Source: Anolis carolinensis
Lineage: Eukaryota
Reading direction: 5' to 3'
DNA: 64,000 nt
Assembly (NCBI RefSeq): GCF_035594765.1
Contig: NC_085845.1
Location: 123,210,897 to 123,274,896 of the forward strand
The notes below the pieces were generated by a model that was not told where the DNA came from, ran no database searches, and worked only from the letters and a program-made list of their open reading frames with translations. The first letter of the stretch is position 1. Each line of letters opens with the position of its first letter. The translations under genes and the position numbers were made by a program. This document shows positions 11,930 to 24,347 of this stretch, in pieces.

Positions 11930-13944
11930 TTAGTGGGTTGGGATTTTTTAGGACTTTGGCACTCTGTTTTACCTCCTTTTTGACCAGTTGGTCTGTGTTT
12001 GTTTTTGAATACTATTTTGCTGCTGTTAAGCATTTTTGATTCTTTTGAGCTGTATCTTCATTAAACTATTGTTACTTTGTACTTGGGACTGATTTCGTGG
12101 TATCTGTACCTTGACACCCCAGATTTGAACTACTAACCTTTTGGTCAGCAAGTTCAGCAGCTCAGCAGTTTAACCCACTGAATCACTGGGGGCTCCATTT
12201 TCACTATCATGAATCCACCCTCCAAAATCTTGGGATGCCTTGATTTAAATTTTATGCTGCAATAATCCAGAACATTTCTTTGAATTACTGCATTACAAGA
12301 GAACTCTAGTAGAGATGGCTTAATACTGTAGCAAGCTACCAATCCTAGGTTTGTATATGATGAAGTAGCCACAGTTAAGGTAGGATTTAAAACTAGCAGA
12401 ACTTTATACTGTAGATCTACTTTATAAGACAAAATTAAGAATGCAATCAAATCAGTTGAGGAGACTAGCTATTGTGCAGTTCTGTAAAAATATTTCCTAA
12501 AATTAGATCAAGAAAAGCAAATTGAAGATTCATGACATGCTCCTCCCCCCCCCCACACACACACTTTCACACAAAAAAAAATAGATTTTATTTCACCAAT
12601 ATTTTTGTATCTGGCAGAAGACCTGCACCATGTGATGAAATGAGATGAGAGGAAATGTTCAGTGTTCATGAAGCAGAAAATTGTATGTTGCAGTTATATA
12701 TAAAGCTTAACTTCTGGTCTACTAGGAATGTAGTTCACTGAAACTTATTTCATCGACAGCCTTCAGGCATCTGATCAGGATAAGATGTTCCAGTAAAGGA
12801 TGCAGTTGACTCTGGCCCCAGAAATGAAAGGCCAATGACTAATTTTCCAAGTTCATTGCCTGAGTATGTTCTCTTAGCCATTAGGAGAAAAACTACACAA
12901 CATAAAAGTAATCTCAGGAATGTAGGTCAGTTGGAATATTGCTGTACCGACACTTGTAAAGAAAAGGGTTGCAATGTATTTTAAAAATTCAAAGGGGCTT
13001 TTATATAGCTACTAATAAAAGATGCCAAAATGCTGTTAGCAGCAGATTTAAAGTGACTTATTGCTTGGGGTGATTAAACCCAGCAGGCTTCCTTGTTTTC
13101 ACAAGCAACATCTAGCTCTTTCTGTTTATAATTTGCCAAGATACAGGATGCATTTGCAGTTTAGAAATGTAGAGAATCTAAGCAGCAATCATAACACACT
13201 TGCTTAGTAGCAAGACATATTGAACTCCTTGGGCTTTTCTTCTGAATAAACAAAATGAGAATTATATGGTTCAAATTATTTCCCCAATGAAGCTTGGCTG
13301 CCCTTTCAAGCCTCTCCTAAGTTCATGGCTAAAGGTTTCAGCAAATCCACTGGTAGTCTTTGACTTTTTCTTCCAAAATAGAACATATCCCTCCCAAACC
13401 AAGTCAAAGATTGCTTATTGACTTGGCTTTTCATTCTGAAAATACCATTCGTTTTGTAACAGTTGCCACCAGAAGGAGGATGGTTGACATGAGAGGGCTT
13501 TTAAAAGAAGCAAAATAGTTAACAAAGACAACAAAACCTAGAAAGAGTCCTTATTCCATATTCGACTGCCCCACCACCCTTTCTGACATCAAATGGCAAA
13601 AAGGGGAGGAAAGTACAAGTAGCTTCATTGGAGCTACCCAAACTACACTTTTCTCCACTTTGGGAGGAATGTGGCAGGGGACTGCCGTGTATTGTGTGAT
13701 GGTGCACAGAAGACCCCATCCTTGCCATGCATAAAAGTGCCAAAATGGGGCAAAAATGCCCTTTGTAAAGAGATTACTAGTCCTGAATGGAGAGATCATA
13801 GGCTGAATCTGGCATATTCTTTTTTTAAAGAATGTGCTCCATTAATGAAGTGTGACCTTTCTCGAGAGTTCTCTAAACATACCAGCTTTTCCTCTTCCAT
13901 CTTCATCTACTTTGGACCTTTGACTCCTTTGTTTTGTTCATTTG

Positions 13945-14897
13945 TGTCACGACCCAGGCTGCAGAGCACCAATAACCATACACAGAGGCCAGAATCTATC
14001 TAATATCTTTATTAAGGAAATAAGTAAAGGCAATAAAAATAAGTGTAGAATATAGTTCAGAAGATAGTTCAAATATAGTCCAGGAAAACAATGTCCAATA
14101 TGAAATAGTAAGGTCCAAAGTTGTAATCCAGTAACCGAAACACTCACTTGCCAAGCAAAGTGAGGGGAGATGACAAGGTCCTTTAGTCCATGAAACTTAG
14201 ACAAGGCAAGGAAATAGCTTGATTCTTGGTACACAAAGCTTGATTCAAGGCAACAAGGAACGAGGAACAGGGACAAGATCCGTGGTAAATACTTGGCAAG
14301 GTCCGGGAAGCAAGGCAAGGTCCTGGAAAGCAAGGCTGAGTCCTAGGTAGCAAGGCAAGGTCCGTGGAGCAAAACAAGGCTGGAAACGGGAACGAAGGCT
14401 TGGAAACAGGAACGAAGGCTTGGAAGCGGGAGTAGCGCTGTCCACACACAACCTACTCCAGTTGCTGACGAATTGACTCCGCAAGATTCCTATGGGGCAA
14501 GGAACCTAAATAGGGTCTCGTTTTCCCACCAAAGAACACTTCTCTGGGGAACCAGAACCAAAAGTCAATCTCTGTGTCCAGATGCATGACTCCCTAAAGG
14601 TTCTCATGAAAGCAGTCTTAATCAGCTGAATGCCTGGCTGCGATTCTCAGGCTTCTGCGATTAGCCTGTTGAACTCCTTTTTGTTGTTGATAATAACTAC
14701 GGCGAGAAAATGGGGGAGATTCTGACTCAGGGCTTGTTTGGCAGATTTCTGGAAGGCAAACCTCCTGCAGGTGCAAGGGCTCCAATTCTGGCTGGGAAAG
14801 TCCCAATTCTGGCTGAAACGGTGGAAAAACCAAGTTTTCCTCTTCATCTGTCTCAACAGCGCTAGGAACGGGACTACATGGCCCATGAGTCATCACA
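13945..14897 (-). mobile_element. Solo Gypsy-type LTR
   Basis: TG...CA ends, 5-bp TSD ATTTG (13940-13944 and 14898-14902), minus-strand AATAAA at ~14010, internal short tandem repeats. Confidence 0.92.
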
Positions 14898-15054
14898 ATT
14901 TGTTTCATATTTCTTGCATATTGTCATTAGTGATGAATTAGGAAACTACTATTGTTAGGAAGAGTGATTTTATGTATTTGGATGAAAAACTATCTATGAA
15001 AGATGTGGTGATTGGGGGAGGGTTCTTAGTTTGGGAGGTGTGCACTTTGATAAC

Positions 15055-15475
15055 TTCTTTGGAACACCTTCCCCAGGGATATTAGGCAAACACCTACACA
15101 AATGTCTTTCAGGAAGGAACTGAAAACTTGGCTGTTCAAACAGGTCTTTGACAATGGTGATATGTAAGAACTTTGTATTAACTTTTGAATGAATTTTATG
15201 GTGTATTCTGATTAATGCAATGGGTTGGACATTAGCAGTGGTTAAAATTGTTTTAATTGTTTGTATTGTCTAATTGTTTAAATTGTTTATTGTTTCATTA
15301 TCATGGCTTATGTGCTGATCTGTCTTGTATTAATTTTGATTGTGTAATTGATTATGTTATTAATTGGATTGTCTATTTGTTATGTTTATGTCTGTATGGC
15401 ACTCTGACTCCCTTATTGGGCGATGGGGCAGGGTATAAATAAAGTTGTTGTTGTTGTTGTTGTTGTTGTTATTAT
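15055..15475 (+). mobile_element. L2 LINE 3' fragment
   Basis: LWNxLPxDIRQ...FRKELKTWLF-like ORF2 end, AT-rich UTR, terminal stem-loop and (GTT)n tail. Confidence 0.75.
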
Positions 15476-17059
15476 TAGCTGCATGTTTCACCAGAAAATA
15501 GCATTTTACTATTATCATTAACAACACCTTATGTAGTCCATTACATGTTACGCAATATTTTAATAATTGCTATTCCTATTACTTTTCTGACCCGTCTTCC
15601 CTCTGTCCCTTTTTTTAAAAAAGAAAAATCAATCTAAAGGAAAGGAGAGATTATTTCTTTTTGTGGTTGGGAGGGAGAATCTAAAAAATGACCTTAAAGC
15701 TAATGAGAAAAAGCGATTAGTAAATGTTCTCCAGTACTTGATAAAATATTCCCCATTATACATCATCTTATTTTATGCAAGGAATATTACTGGTGTGTCA
15801 TTACCTAATAAGGTAACATATTACATTTACAGTCCTTGCTGATAATACTTACTTTCTCTCCAAGCTTTACTCAGATGAGATGCCAATAGATGATATGGTA
15901 CAATACCTGCTGAGCTATCTTCATCAGTTTTTTTTATCTCTCAAGTGTGATTGAGGTATTAGAAATGGCAACAATGTTGTGTCCAGTAAAGGGGGCTTTC
16001 ATAAGTTTTCCTGGAACCTGAACTCAACAACAAAATGAAGACAAGGGACCATATCAGAAATGTCAGGCAAAGTGGGACAAAAGAAAGGAACAGCAGGGTG
16101 AATCCATTGCCACACTAACAGCTTCCTCCCGGAAATGTTTTCCCTATCGCAGGAAGTGTTGCCCTCCTGGGAAGCCTCCCATGTTCTGGGGGAAGCATCC
16201 AATGGCACTTTCCCCCCAGTTGAGGGCGGAGCCTCTGCCAGAAGCCACATGACATCAAGTGATGACTGGAGTAGGGATCCGTCCTGAAGTTGGCGAGGAA
16301 GCATCCTAGGACACTGGTTTCAGTAAGTATGATGAGGTCCAAGGTCCCTTTTTGTTATGCAGCACTAAATCCATTATTTAATGGTCTTGGCTGAAGGGAG
16401 GTTTCTAGTTGCTACTTTCTTTCCTGGGATTCATACCTTGTTTCTAAAATAAATGGCAAAAGGATATATATATATCACCTCCTTACTGCTTCAAAATATT
16501 TGGTTTGCTAGATACAGTAGTTGCCTCTTTCCTTTACAATGGATAGTTCATATCTCTGTTCATTGAAAACTCTGTTTTCCCATCCCTTCTGCTATTCACA
16601 AAAGATGTAAGTAGATTTCGAACTGGCAACAAACATTATATTTTTCTTCACAGTGGTTTCCTGCTGGGACATGCATGCATATACAGACACATACACATTC
16701 TGCCCACAGTCTTCTCCACCTGTTTTATTGACATATGTGCACACTCATTGCTACTTTGGTGGGAGGCAACAGGGAAAGCAATGTTTACATTGACAGCCTG
16801 GAGAACAGACTGTGAATATCATCTCTTTAGGGATGGAGTCCACCCTGTGATTCATTTCGTACTTGTGCATGGGTTTCACAATCCGTTGTAGACACCTTTT
16901 GAAAGTTGTATGCCAAGGTCCACAGTATGAAAGCCAAGAAAGAATATAGCTTATTAAAAAAATTCACAGAGAGTGATAAATGTATAAAGATACAGTTCAT
17001 CTGCTGCACCTATGATACAAAAGAGAAATATAGACTGTATCTGAATGGGATACATTCAA

Positions 17060-17253
17060 AGACACAGCCCTCCCCATGGATAACTGAAACTGTGCATAGT
17101 TGTAAACTCTGTATTTTGAGTATTCTAGTGTTGGAAGAATGCCATAGAATCACACTGGAGAACCTAGGAAGGCCTACAAACACTTTCAGGGTGCATAATT
17201 TTTTTAGCATAGATAAGTGAAACCATGGATATCAACACTGTGGATAAGGGGGC
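17060..17253. mobile_element. Tigger/pogo-like MITE remnant
   Basis: ggataa.tgaaac repeats and a gtggataagggggc terminus; resembles 32853-33069. Confidence 0.45.
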
Positions 17254-18291
17254 CAGAGCCAGACCTAGGTATTTTTCCAGTGTAGGCGAACAGAATTTTG
17301 GCACCCCCCCCCAAACCAATCACTGAATAATAAAAACGTTGGATAAGCGAAAATGTTGGATAATAAGGAGGGATTAAGGAAAAGCCTATTAAACATCAAA
17401 TTACATTACGATTTTACAAATTAAGCACCAAAACATCATGTTTTACAACAAATCAACAGAAAAAGCAGTTCAATACATGTTAATGTTATGTAGGAATTAC
17501 TATATTTGCGAATTTAGCACCAAACATTGAACAGGGATATTGGACAGTGTAGATAACCCAGATAGCCCCCGGTATTAAAAAAAACCCCTCTAAAATCAGG
17601 ACAATAAATAAAGAACAACACTCTGAAAACAGGAGAAAGACAGACAGTAAACCATCAGGGACAGCTAACACCTCCTAAAAATTCTCCCAGGCAAGAAGAA
17701 GCCAGGCCTTGAAGCCATAGGGCCATTAAATGCTAATCAAGGTGATTAATTAGAGTTCGTTCTCCCACCCTGGACCTTGTACAGATATATAAACCCCACT
17801 TACCTCACAATCTCTGAAGGCCCCAAAGGCATGGGCAGGCACGGGCACGCGGGCAGGCCTGGCATGGGCACGCGGGCAGGCCTGGCGTGGGCATGCGGGC
17901 AGGCCTGGCGTGGGCACACGGGCAGGCCCGGCATGGGCACCCAGGCAGGCCCAGCGCTCCAGCAAGCGCTGGGCTACCCGGTAAGTGCTGGGCCGCCCAG
18001 TGCTCGCCGGAGCACTGGGCAGAAGAGGAAGGCCTCGCTAGGAATGTGTTTGGCGGCTTCTCTGCAAAGACCTGAACGCCTTCCTGGCGAGAAGGAAGGT
18101 GTTTGGGGCTTTGCGGAGCAGAAAAGCACCGCTTCTCTGCTCCCCAAAGCGGCGACCCCGGCTCCTTCCTTGCGGAGGGAAGCGCAGCATTGGAGGCAGG
18201 CCGCAGGAGACAGGAGTTGCCTTGATGGTGCCCCCAACATGATGGCGCCACAGGCAACTGCCTAGTTGGCCTGGTGGTTGAACCCCCTCTG
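17254..18291. mobile_element. Composite non-autonomous hAT element (CAGGGCCGGCCC-type TIR) carrying mariner-MITE and Penelope fragments and a 23-bp GC tandem repeat
   Basis: Ends cagagccagacc...aaccccctctg; imperfect 8-bp TSD aagggggc/aaggggct. 17337-17525 is the reverse complement of the MITE at 21189; 17570-17815 is Penelope-like. Confidence 0.75.
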
Positions 18292-19311
18292 AAGGGGCTC
18301 ATAAAATTATATAAAAATTATAATTTCAGTGTCCTCCTTTCCTCAAGTAGGGGACTTTCAAAAGATCTAGATCAAGGCTTTTAAATTTTTTTATTTATGA
18401 CCCTTTTTTGGGATAAATTTTTACATGACCTCAGGGATATAAAATAGGCATATGAATATAGCATTTAATTATAAAGAAATTTATTTTAAAACATTTCTTT
18501 GGTGTAGGGGTGTTGGAGTCATACTTTTGTATGTATGTATTGATGAAATACATTGATATTACTTAAATAATATTTACTGCCTTCAGTGCATGGCAATGAT
18601 TTACACAATGTCACATTCTACACTTCAAGAAACTGTTTTTATTGATATAATTGTGTGTAAATATTTTAATATACAATCTAGTGTGGAAATTATAATACTT
18701 TGAGCCAATAGTAAACTATAATACCAGTGAACACTTTGAGAATCCAGTTGACTACATAATATTGTTTCTTACAATTGCTTGTTGTGGTTATACAATCCTG
18801 AAATACACTATCTTGCTGGATGGTTATCTCACATTTTGCATTAGAAGAGAAATGCCCTTTTGTTTTCATCTCACTTACGCTTTCTTATCTAGGTTGTGGC
18901 CCAAAGAAGAAAATCAAAATCAATGGAGCAGATGTTTTTCTATTTAGGTTCTTCATTTTGAAACTTAATGACTTGCTACAAGAGCAAACATCTGGCTATG
19001 TGCAGAAGTAGATTAACATGCTTCCTTTGATTCCTTCAGGACAGGTGTAACAAGCTTAAGGGGGGAAATCATGCCAGATTCCTCTTGGTTTTTAGTCGAG
19101 TGTAAAACAAAGAATGCCAATAAAAGGACAAAAGGTAGTTGCATATCTTAGCATATGTTTTTAATTTGTCTTTGAACAAACTGATTCATTCATGAAGTAG
19201 TCATTGTTCTGGGGTATCTGCTACTTTTGCTGTTGTTACATGTCTTCAAGTCAACTCCAGAATACAATAAATTTCTAATAGGGATTTAGTCAAAGGAGAT
19301 CATTGGTTTTG

Positions 19312-20174
19312 TGCTTGTGGTTGTTGCTGTTGTTATTATTTATTTATTTTTTAATATTGAGAAGTGTGACCATGGACATTATGCTTGCAAGAGGAATAGT
19401 CTGGAACAATGCATGTATACATTCTACATAGAGCTGATCTATTTAGAAAATGTTTACATATCTGATCTATTTAGAGGATGTTTATATATTTATCGAGCTT
19501 TGCTCAATACATATGCAGGGCCGGCCCCACTAATGAGGCACCTGACGCCGCCGCCTCGGGCGCAGGCCCGGGGGGGCGCCTCCCGCCCAGTGCGCCCTGG
19601 CCCGTCTGGCCTGCTAGAAAAGGCCAGACGGGCGAGCGGGAGTAGCGTGGGAGGCGGGGCCAGCTCTGACGCCGCTCCCCCCCCCCGCCCAGCGTGCCTT
19701 GGCCCTGCCTCCCACGCAGCGTGGGAGGCGGGGCCAAGGCACGCTGGGCGGGGGGGGGGGGGGAGCGGCGTCAGAGCTGGCCCCGCCTCCCACGCTACTC
19801 CCGCTCGCCCGTCTGGCCTTTTCTAGCAGGCCAGACGGGCCAGGGCGCACTGGGCGGGAGGCGGGGCACCGTCAGGGCGGTGCCCCGCCTCCCGCCCAGC
19901 CTGACGGCGCCCCCCCGGGCCTGCGCCCGAGGCGGCGGCGTCAGGTGCCTCATTAGTGGGGCCGGCCCTGCATATGTATTGAGCAAAGCTCGATAAATAT
20001 ATAAACATCCTCTAAATAGATCAGATATGTAAACATTTTCTAAATAGATCAGCTCTATGTAGAATGTATACATGCATTGTTCCAGACTATTCCTCTTGCA
20101 AGCATAATGTCCATGGTCACACTTCTCAATATTAAAAAATAAATAAATAATAACAACAGCAACAACCACAAGCA
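19312..20174. repeat. ~860-bp inverted duplication (palindrome centred at 19718)
   Basis: 19312-19579 is the reverse complement of 19907-20174, and the inner arms also pair. The right arm has a ~50-bp hairpin absent from the left arm. Confidence 0.95.
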
Positions 20175-20782
20175 GTCGCGGCCTGGAGAAACCTCCGCTG
20201 AGTCTGGCCTGCTACAAAAGGCCAGACGGGCGAGCGGGGGTAGCGTGGGAGGCGGGGCCAGCTCTGACGCCGCCCCCCCGCCCAGCGTGCCCTGGCCCCG
20301 CCTCCCACGTTGCGTGGGAGGCAGGGCCAAGGCACGCTGGGCGGGGGGGGGGAGCGGCGTCAGAGCTGGCCCCGCCTCCCACGCTACCCCCGCTCGCCCG
20401 TCTGGCCTTTTGTAGCAGGCCAGACTCAGCGGAGGTTTCTCCAGGCCGCGATTGCGGCCTGGAGGAACCTCCGCTGAAGTCTGGCCTGCTACAAAAGGCC
20501 AGACGGGCGAGCGGGGGTAGCGTGGGAGGCGGGGCCAACTCTGGCCCCGCCCCCCCGCCCAGCGTGCCCTGGCCCCGCCTCCCACGCTGCGTGGGAGGCG
20601 GGGCCAGGGCACGGGGGGCGGGGCCAACTCTGGCCCCGCCCCCTCACTATTCGCCCTGGCCCCGCCTCCCAAGCAGCGTGGGAGGCGGGGCCAGGGCACG
20701 CTGGGCGGGGCCAGGGCGCCGGTGGCGGGGGCGCTTTTCAGCACCCCCGCTTTACATCAAAAAATATCTCCGGCCGGCCCTG
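19516..20782. mobile_element. GC-rich non-autonomous hAT element, internally rearranged
   Basis: TIR CAGGGCCGGCC...GGCCGGCCCTG; perfect 8-bp TSD TACATATG (19508-19515 and 20783-20790). Confidence 0.92.
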
Positions 20783-21188
20783 TACATATGACTTGCAATC
20801 GGGCTTTTAGGCAGGGAAATGCACCCTGCCATAGTCTGAACAACAACAGGCTGGGTGGGGAGTGTTCTCCAATTCAGTTTCTAAAGATCTGTCAGATGCC
20901 ATCTGAGTATCAAAATTATTTAAATTTTTATTTGTTTCAATGTCTAGAAGTTCATCTTTGGTCATCAGGAGGTAGTCAGGCCATTCTAAATCTAGTGTGT
21001 GTTACTTCAGTATGTGGCCAGAATGAAATATTTGCCATCCTGTTTTTAAGGTAAATCTACAAGAAATTATTTTTAATGCGTACTTAGGGATTAGTCTCAG
21101 GGTTTGGTCTTTCAATGAACTCTCCCATCTCTCTGTCACACATACACAGATTCGCTACTCTTACACTATATACAGAAAAACTATGGTA

Positions 21189-21497
21189 CAGTAGAGTCTC
21201 ACTTATCCAACATTTGCTTATCCAACATTCTGGATTATCCAACTCATTTTTGTAGTCAATGTTCTCAATACATCATGATATTTTGGTGCTAAATTCGTAA
21301 ATACAGTAATTACTACGTAGCATTACTGCATATTGAACTACCTTTTCTGTCAAATTTGTTGTATGACATGATTTGGTGCTTAATTTGTAAAATCATAACC
21401 TAATTTGGTGTTTAATAGGCTTCTCCTTAATCTCTCCTTATTATCCAACATATTCGCTTATCCAACGTTCTGCGGGCCCATTTATGTTGAAGAGTGA
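21189..21497. mobile_element. Tc1/mariner-type MITE
   Basis: TA|CAGTAGAGTCTCACTTATCCAAC left TIR and internal ttatccaac repeats; right TIR degraded. Confidence 0.8.
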
Positions 21498-21884
21498 AAA
21501 AATTGTCTGGGGTTTTCTTTCTTTTTCCCCCCTGAGATTGGTCAGGTGAAACCATAATGTTTCTTGAATGCTGACAGTCTCCATTTCTGTTGTATTCTCC
21601 AGTCCCCACCCCATTTTAGATAACCCACCATAGGATGATTCCCAATTACCCAGACAAGCGTTTCACATCATCACAACAAAACTTGTCCTAGGTTTGAAAT
21701 GGCTAAATTGTCAGCAATTTTCTGCAGGATTATTGTGTGTGCATGTGAGGGGGGGGGGGGGGGTTCTTCCTAAATCACCTGAATTCCAAAGGCAATTGGC
21801 AGGCCTGATCCACATTGGAACCAATACCATCCCATCTTATCCCTAAATGATCCTAAAATGGATTAACTAATGGCGCATCTACAC

Positions 21885-22019
21885 CAATGGTTCTTAACCT
21901 GTGGGTTCTCAGGTGTTTTGGTCTACAACTCCAAGAAATCCCAGCCAGTTTACCATCTGTTAAGACTTCTGGGAGGTGAAGGCCAAAACATCTGGGGACC
22001 CAAAGATTGAGAACCACTT
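21885..22019. mobile_element. Palindromic hAT (Charlie/SPIN-like) MITE
   Basis: CA.TGGTTCT.AACC...TTGAGAACCACT TIRs, self-complementary body, degraded TSD atctacac/atctaact. Confidence 0.75.
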
Positions 22020-23122
22020 ATCTAACTATAGAATTAATGACATCACTTTAACTATTATTGCATGAAAACTGTAGTTTTACAATGTCTTTAGCTTCGTCTG
22101 CCAAGTAGAGATGATACCTCACCAAACTACAACCCCCATGATTCTATCACACTGAGTCATGGCAGTTAAAGTAGGGTTGACACAGTAGGTCTCAAGATCC
22201 AGCTCCCTCCTAAAACCTCACCTATGCAACCTCCCTTTTCCCCTGTTCCCTATCTATTTGTGTGTCTGTGATCTGATCTGACCAGTTTCCCTTTCCAAAA
22301 AACACAAATATAAGAAATAGTCTGATTCAGTAACTGCTCTTGTCATCACTCAGATGCCTGCAAAATGAAGCTCCAAAGAGTGCCTGTGAAGGTTTGGCAA
22401 GGCCTTGAAAAGGCTCCATCTCTTCCTGTATCATGTACAGAGCCACATGCCGCAATCTCTGGCCTCTATTCCTGGAGGCCATTAAATGCAAACTTTCCCT
22501 CAAGTGCCATTCATCACACAGGTACAGATATATATCTTTTCCTACAGAAATCTTCCCATAGCTTTGAGGTTGTAGTATATGTTCAATTCGTCATTCTGTT
22601 TAAAGCTAAGGAGGTCTTTGTGAAGGGACTATTTGGCTCACTTGTCTTTTCTTTGAAGTTAAATATTATAGTGCAGGCCAAGACAAATATTAAATTTTAG
22701 AATCTCTGGCGAACACCTTCGAGACATGGCATGATAAAGAATCATGAAGTGTCTTCTCATTCACCCAACAGAGAATCCTCAATTGGAGGCATTTCCTAGA
22801 AGGACTAACAAGGGATAACTCGCTCTACTGTTACTGACTGATCAACATCACAATTATGTTTACCAGATCTGGGAATCTGGCTGAGGTTGTATATGACATA
22901 ACACTGACCCATCAATATTTTGGCGTTGATATGTTTCACCGTAAATAGCTTTAAGAATGGTTTTTGGGGCAGCAGAGTTTGTTTCATTTGAGATTGATTT
23001 CATTTAAATTAAGTCCATTTTAAAATCCAATTTTATTCTCTTATCTTCATTTCCCTGTTGGGACGACAATGGCATTAGAAATGATAGCATATCACCATGA
23101 TTCTTTTGCTTCAAGAGTCATT

Positions 23123-24125
23123 TGTTTTTTATTAATTCATCAATCAAAATGTATAAGTTTACATTTTCCTCATTTTACAATATCTTAAACATATCATGTT
23201 GTATACAATCCTACAGTAAAAAAAATCAAGAACATCTTTAAGCATATTTCTTATCAATTTTAGACTTTTCCATTAAAACTTTACTACATATATCTCTGCT
23301 GCACCCTTTTATCAACTTAAACATGTTTTATTTATTTATTTATTATGGTTATACCTTTTTCCCCTCTTCCCTTCCCCTTATTTTGTGCCACCTTCACCAG
23401 GACCAACCAACTCATACTGTTTCACAAGTCCAAAATTTCATTGTCTCTGTTGCTGGTTTATACCCCTTTCCCTCATTAAAAATATACTCAATAAATTTTC
23501 TCCATATTGTCCAAAAATTTGTTTGTTTCGATATTTCCCTTTTAATTTTAATATTGCAAGTCAGCTTGTCATTAATTGCTATGTTCCAAATCTCCCTGTA
23601 CCATTCTTCTAATTGGATTTCCTTTTTTTCTTTCCAGTTTTTTGCTATTAGCAATTTTGCTGCAGTTATCAAATTAGAAACCAATTCTTTCTCCTCATGG
23701 GAGAGGATATTGTCATGCATAAGTAATAATGCTGATTTAGGTGTATTCATTATCTCTATTTTTATTATTGCTCTTATTTCTTTAAATATCATTTCCCAAA
23801 ATTTTTGTATAATTTTACATGACCACCACATATGAAGATATGTCCTTATTTCCTGACAGCCTCTCCAGTACTGATTTGTGTATTTTTTATCTATCTGATT
23901 TAATATAATGGGAGTTAGGTACCACCTCCATACCATTTTGTAATAATTTTCCTTAATTCTTATGGACATATTTTTTAATAATCTCATATTCCATATCCTT
24001 CCCTATTCTTGATTATTCAATTTCCCCCCCAAATCTACTTCCCATATTTCCTTCAAATGAACTTGTTCCTGTTCGTCTGTTAGTAGTAGTTTATAGATAT
24101 TGCTTACTGTACCTTTTAATCATTT
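23123..24125 (-). mobile_element. 5'-truncated L1 LINE
   Basis: ORF 23412..23987 reads KENYYKMVWRWYLTP...YLHMWWSC...TAAKLLIAKNWK (L1 ORF2 C-terminus); A-rich tail at ~23125. Confidence 0.88.
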
Positions 24126-24303
24126 GGAGCCTCATGAATAATGTTTGTCGTACTAGCTATAGCAGTAGGTTAGCTTCCTAGCTGCTCAGATTATCTTTTA
24201 CCATTTTGTAGTTGTTGTTGTGCTGCTGTTCTAAAAGACATCACTTGGATTCTTCAAGTGAGAATTCCAAAAGACATTTTGAGCTATACATTAGCCTGGG
24301 AGA

Positions 24304-24304
24304 T

Positions 24305-24347
<43 letters not shown>
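24304..24347. repeat. (GATA)n microsatellite
   Basis: Direct reading. Confidence 0.95.

Larger units (their letters stand above)
10424..12116 (+). mobile_element. Solo Gypsy-type LTR containing an L1 insertion
   Basis: TG...CA ends, 5-bp TSD CCCCA (10419-10423 and 12117-12121), TATA-like taataaaa at ~10941, ATTAAA at ~12060. Confidence 0.9.
10168..12196 (-). mobile_element. Sauria SINE split by an LTR (10168-10423 and 12122-12196)
   Basis: (AAAGGT)n tail at 10168; body collinear with other copies; 5' GGAGCCCCC end at 12196. Confidence 0.9.

Noticed and set aside
14200-14430. Short repeats with variable spacers (CRISPR-like appearance)
   Set aside because: Degenerate tandem repeats inside a eukaryotic LTR; no constant repeat/unique spacer periodicity and no cas genes.
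17750-20791. Many overlapping 60-230 aa Pro/Arg/Gly/Ala-rich ORFs
   Set aside because: By-products of GC-rich tandem and inverted repeats in non-autonomous hAT elements.
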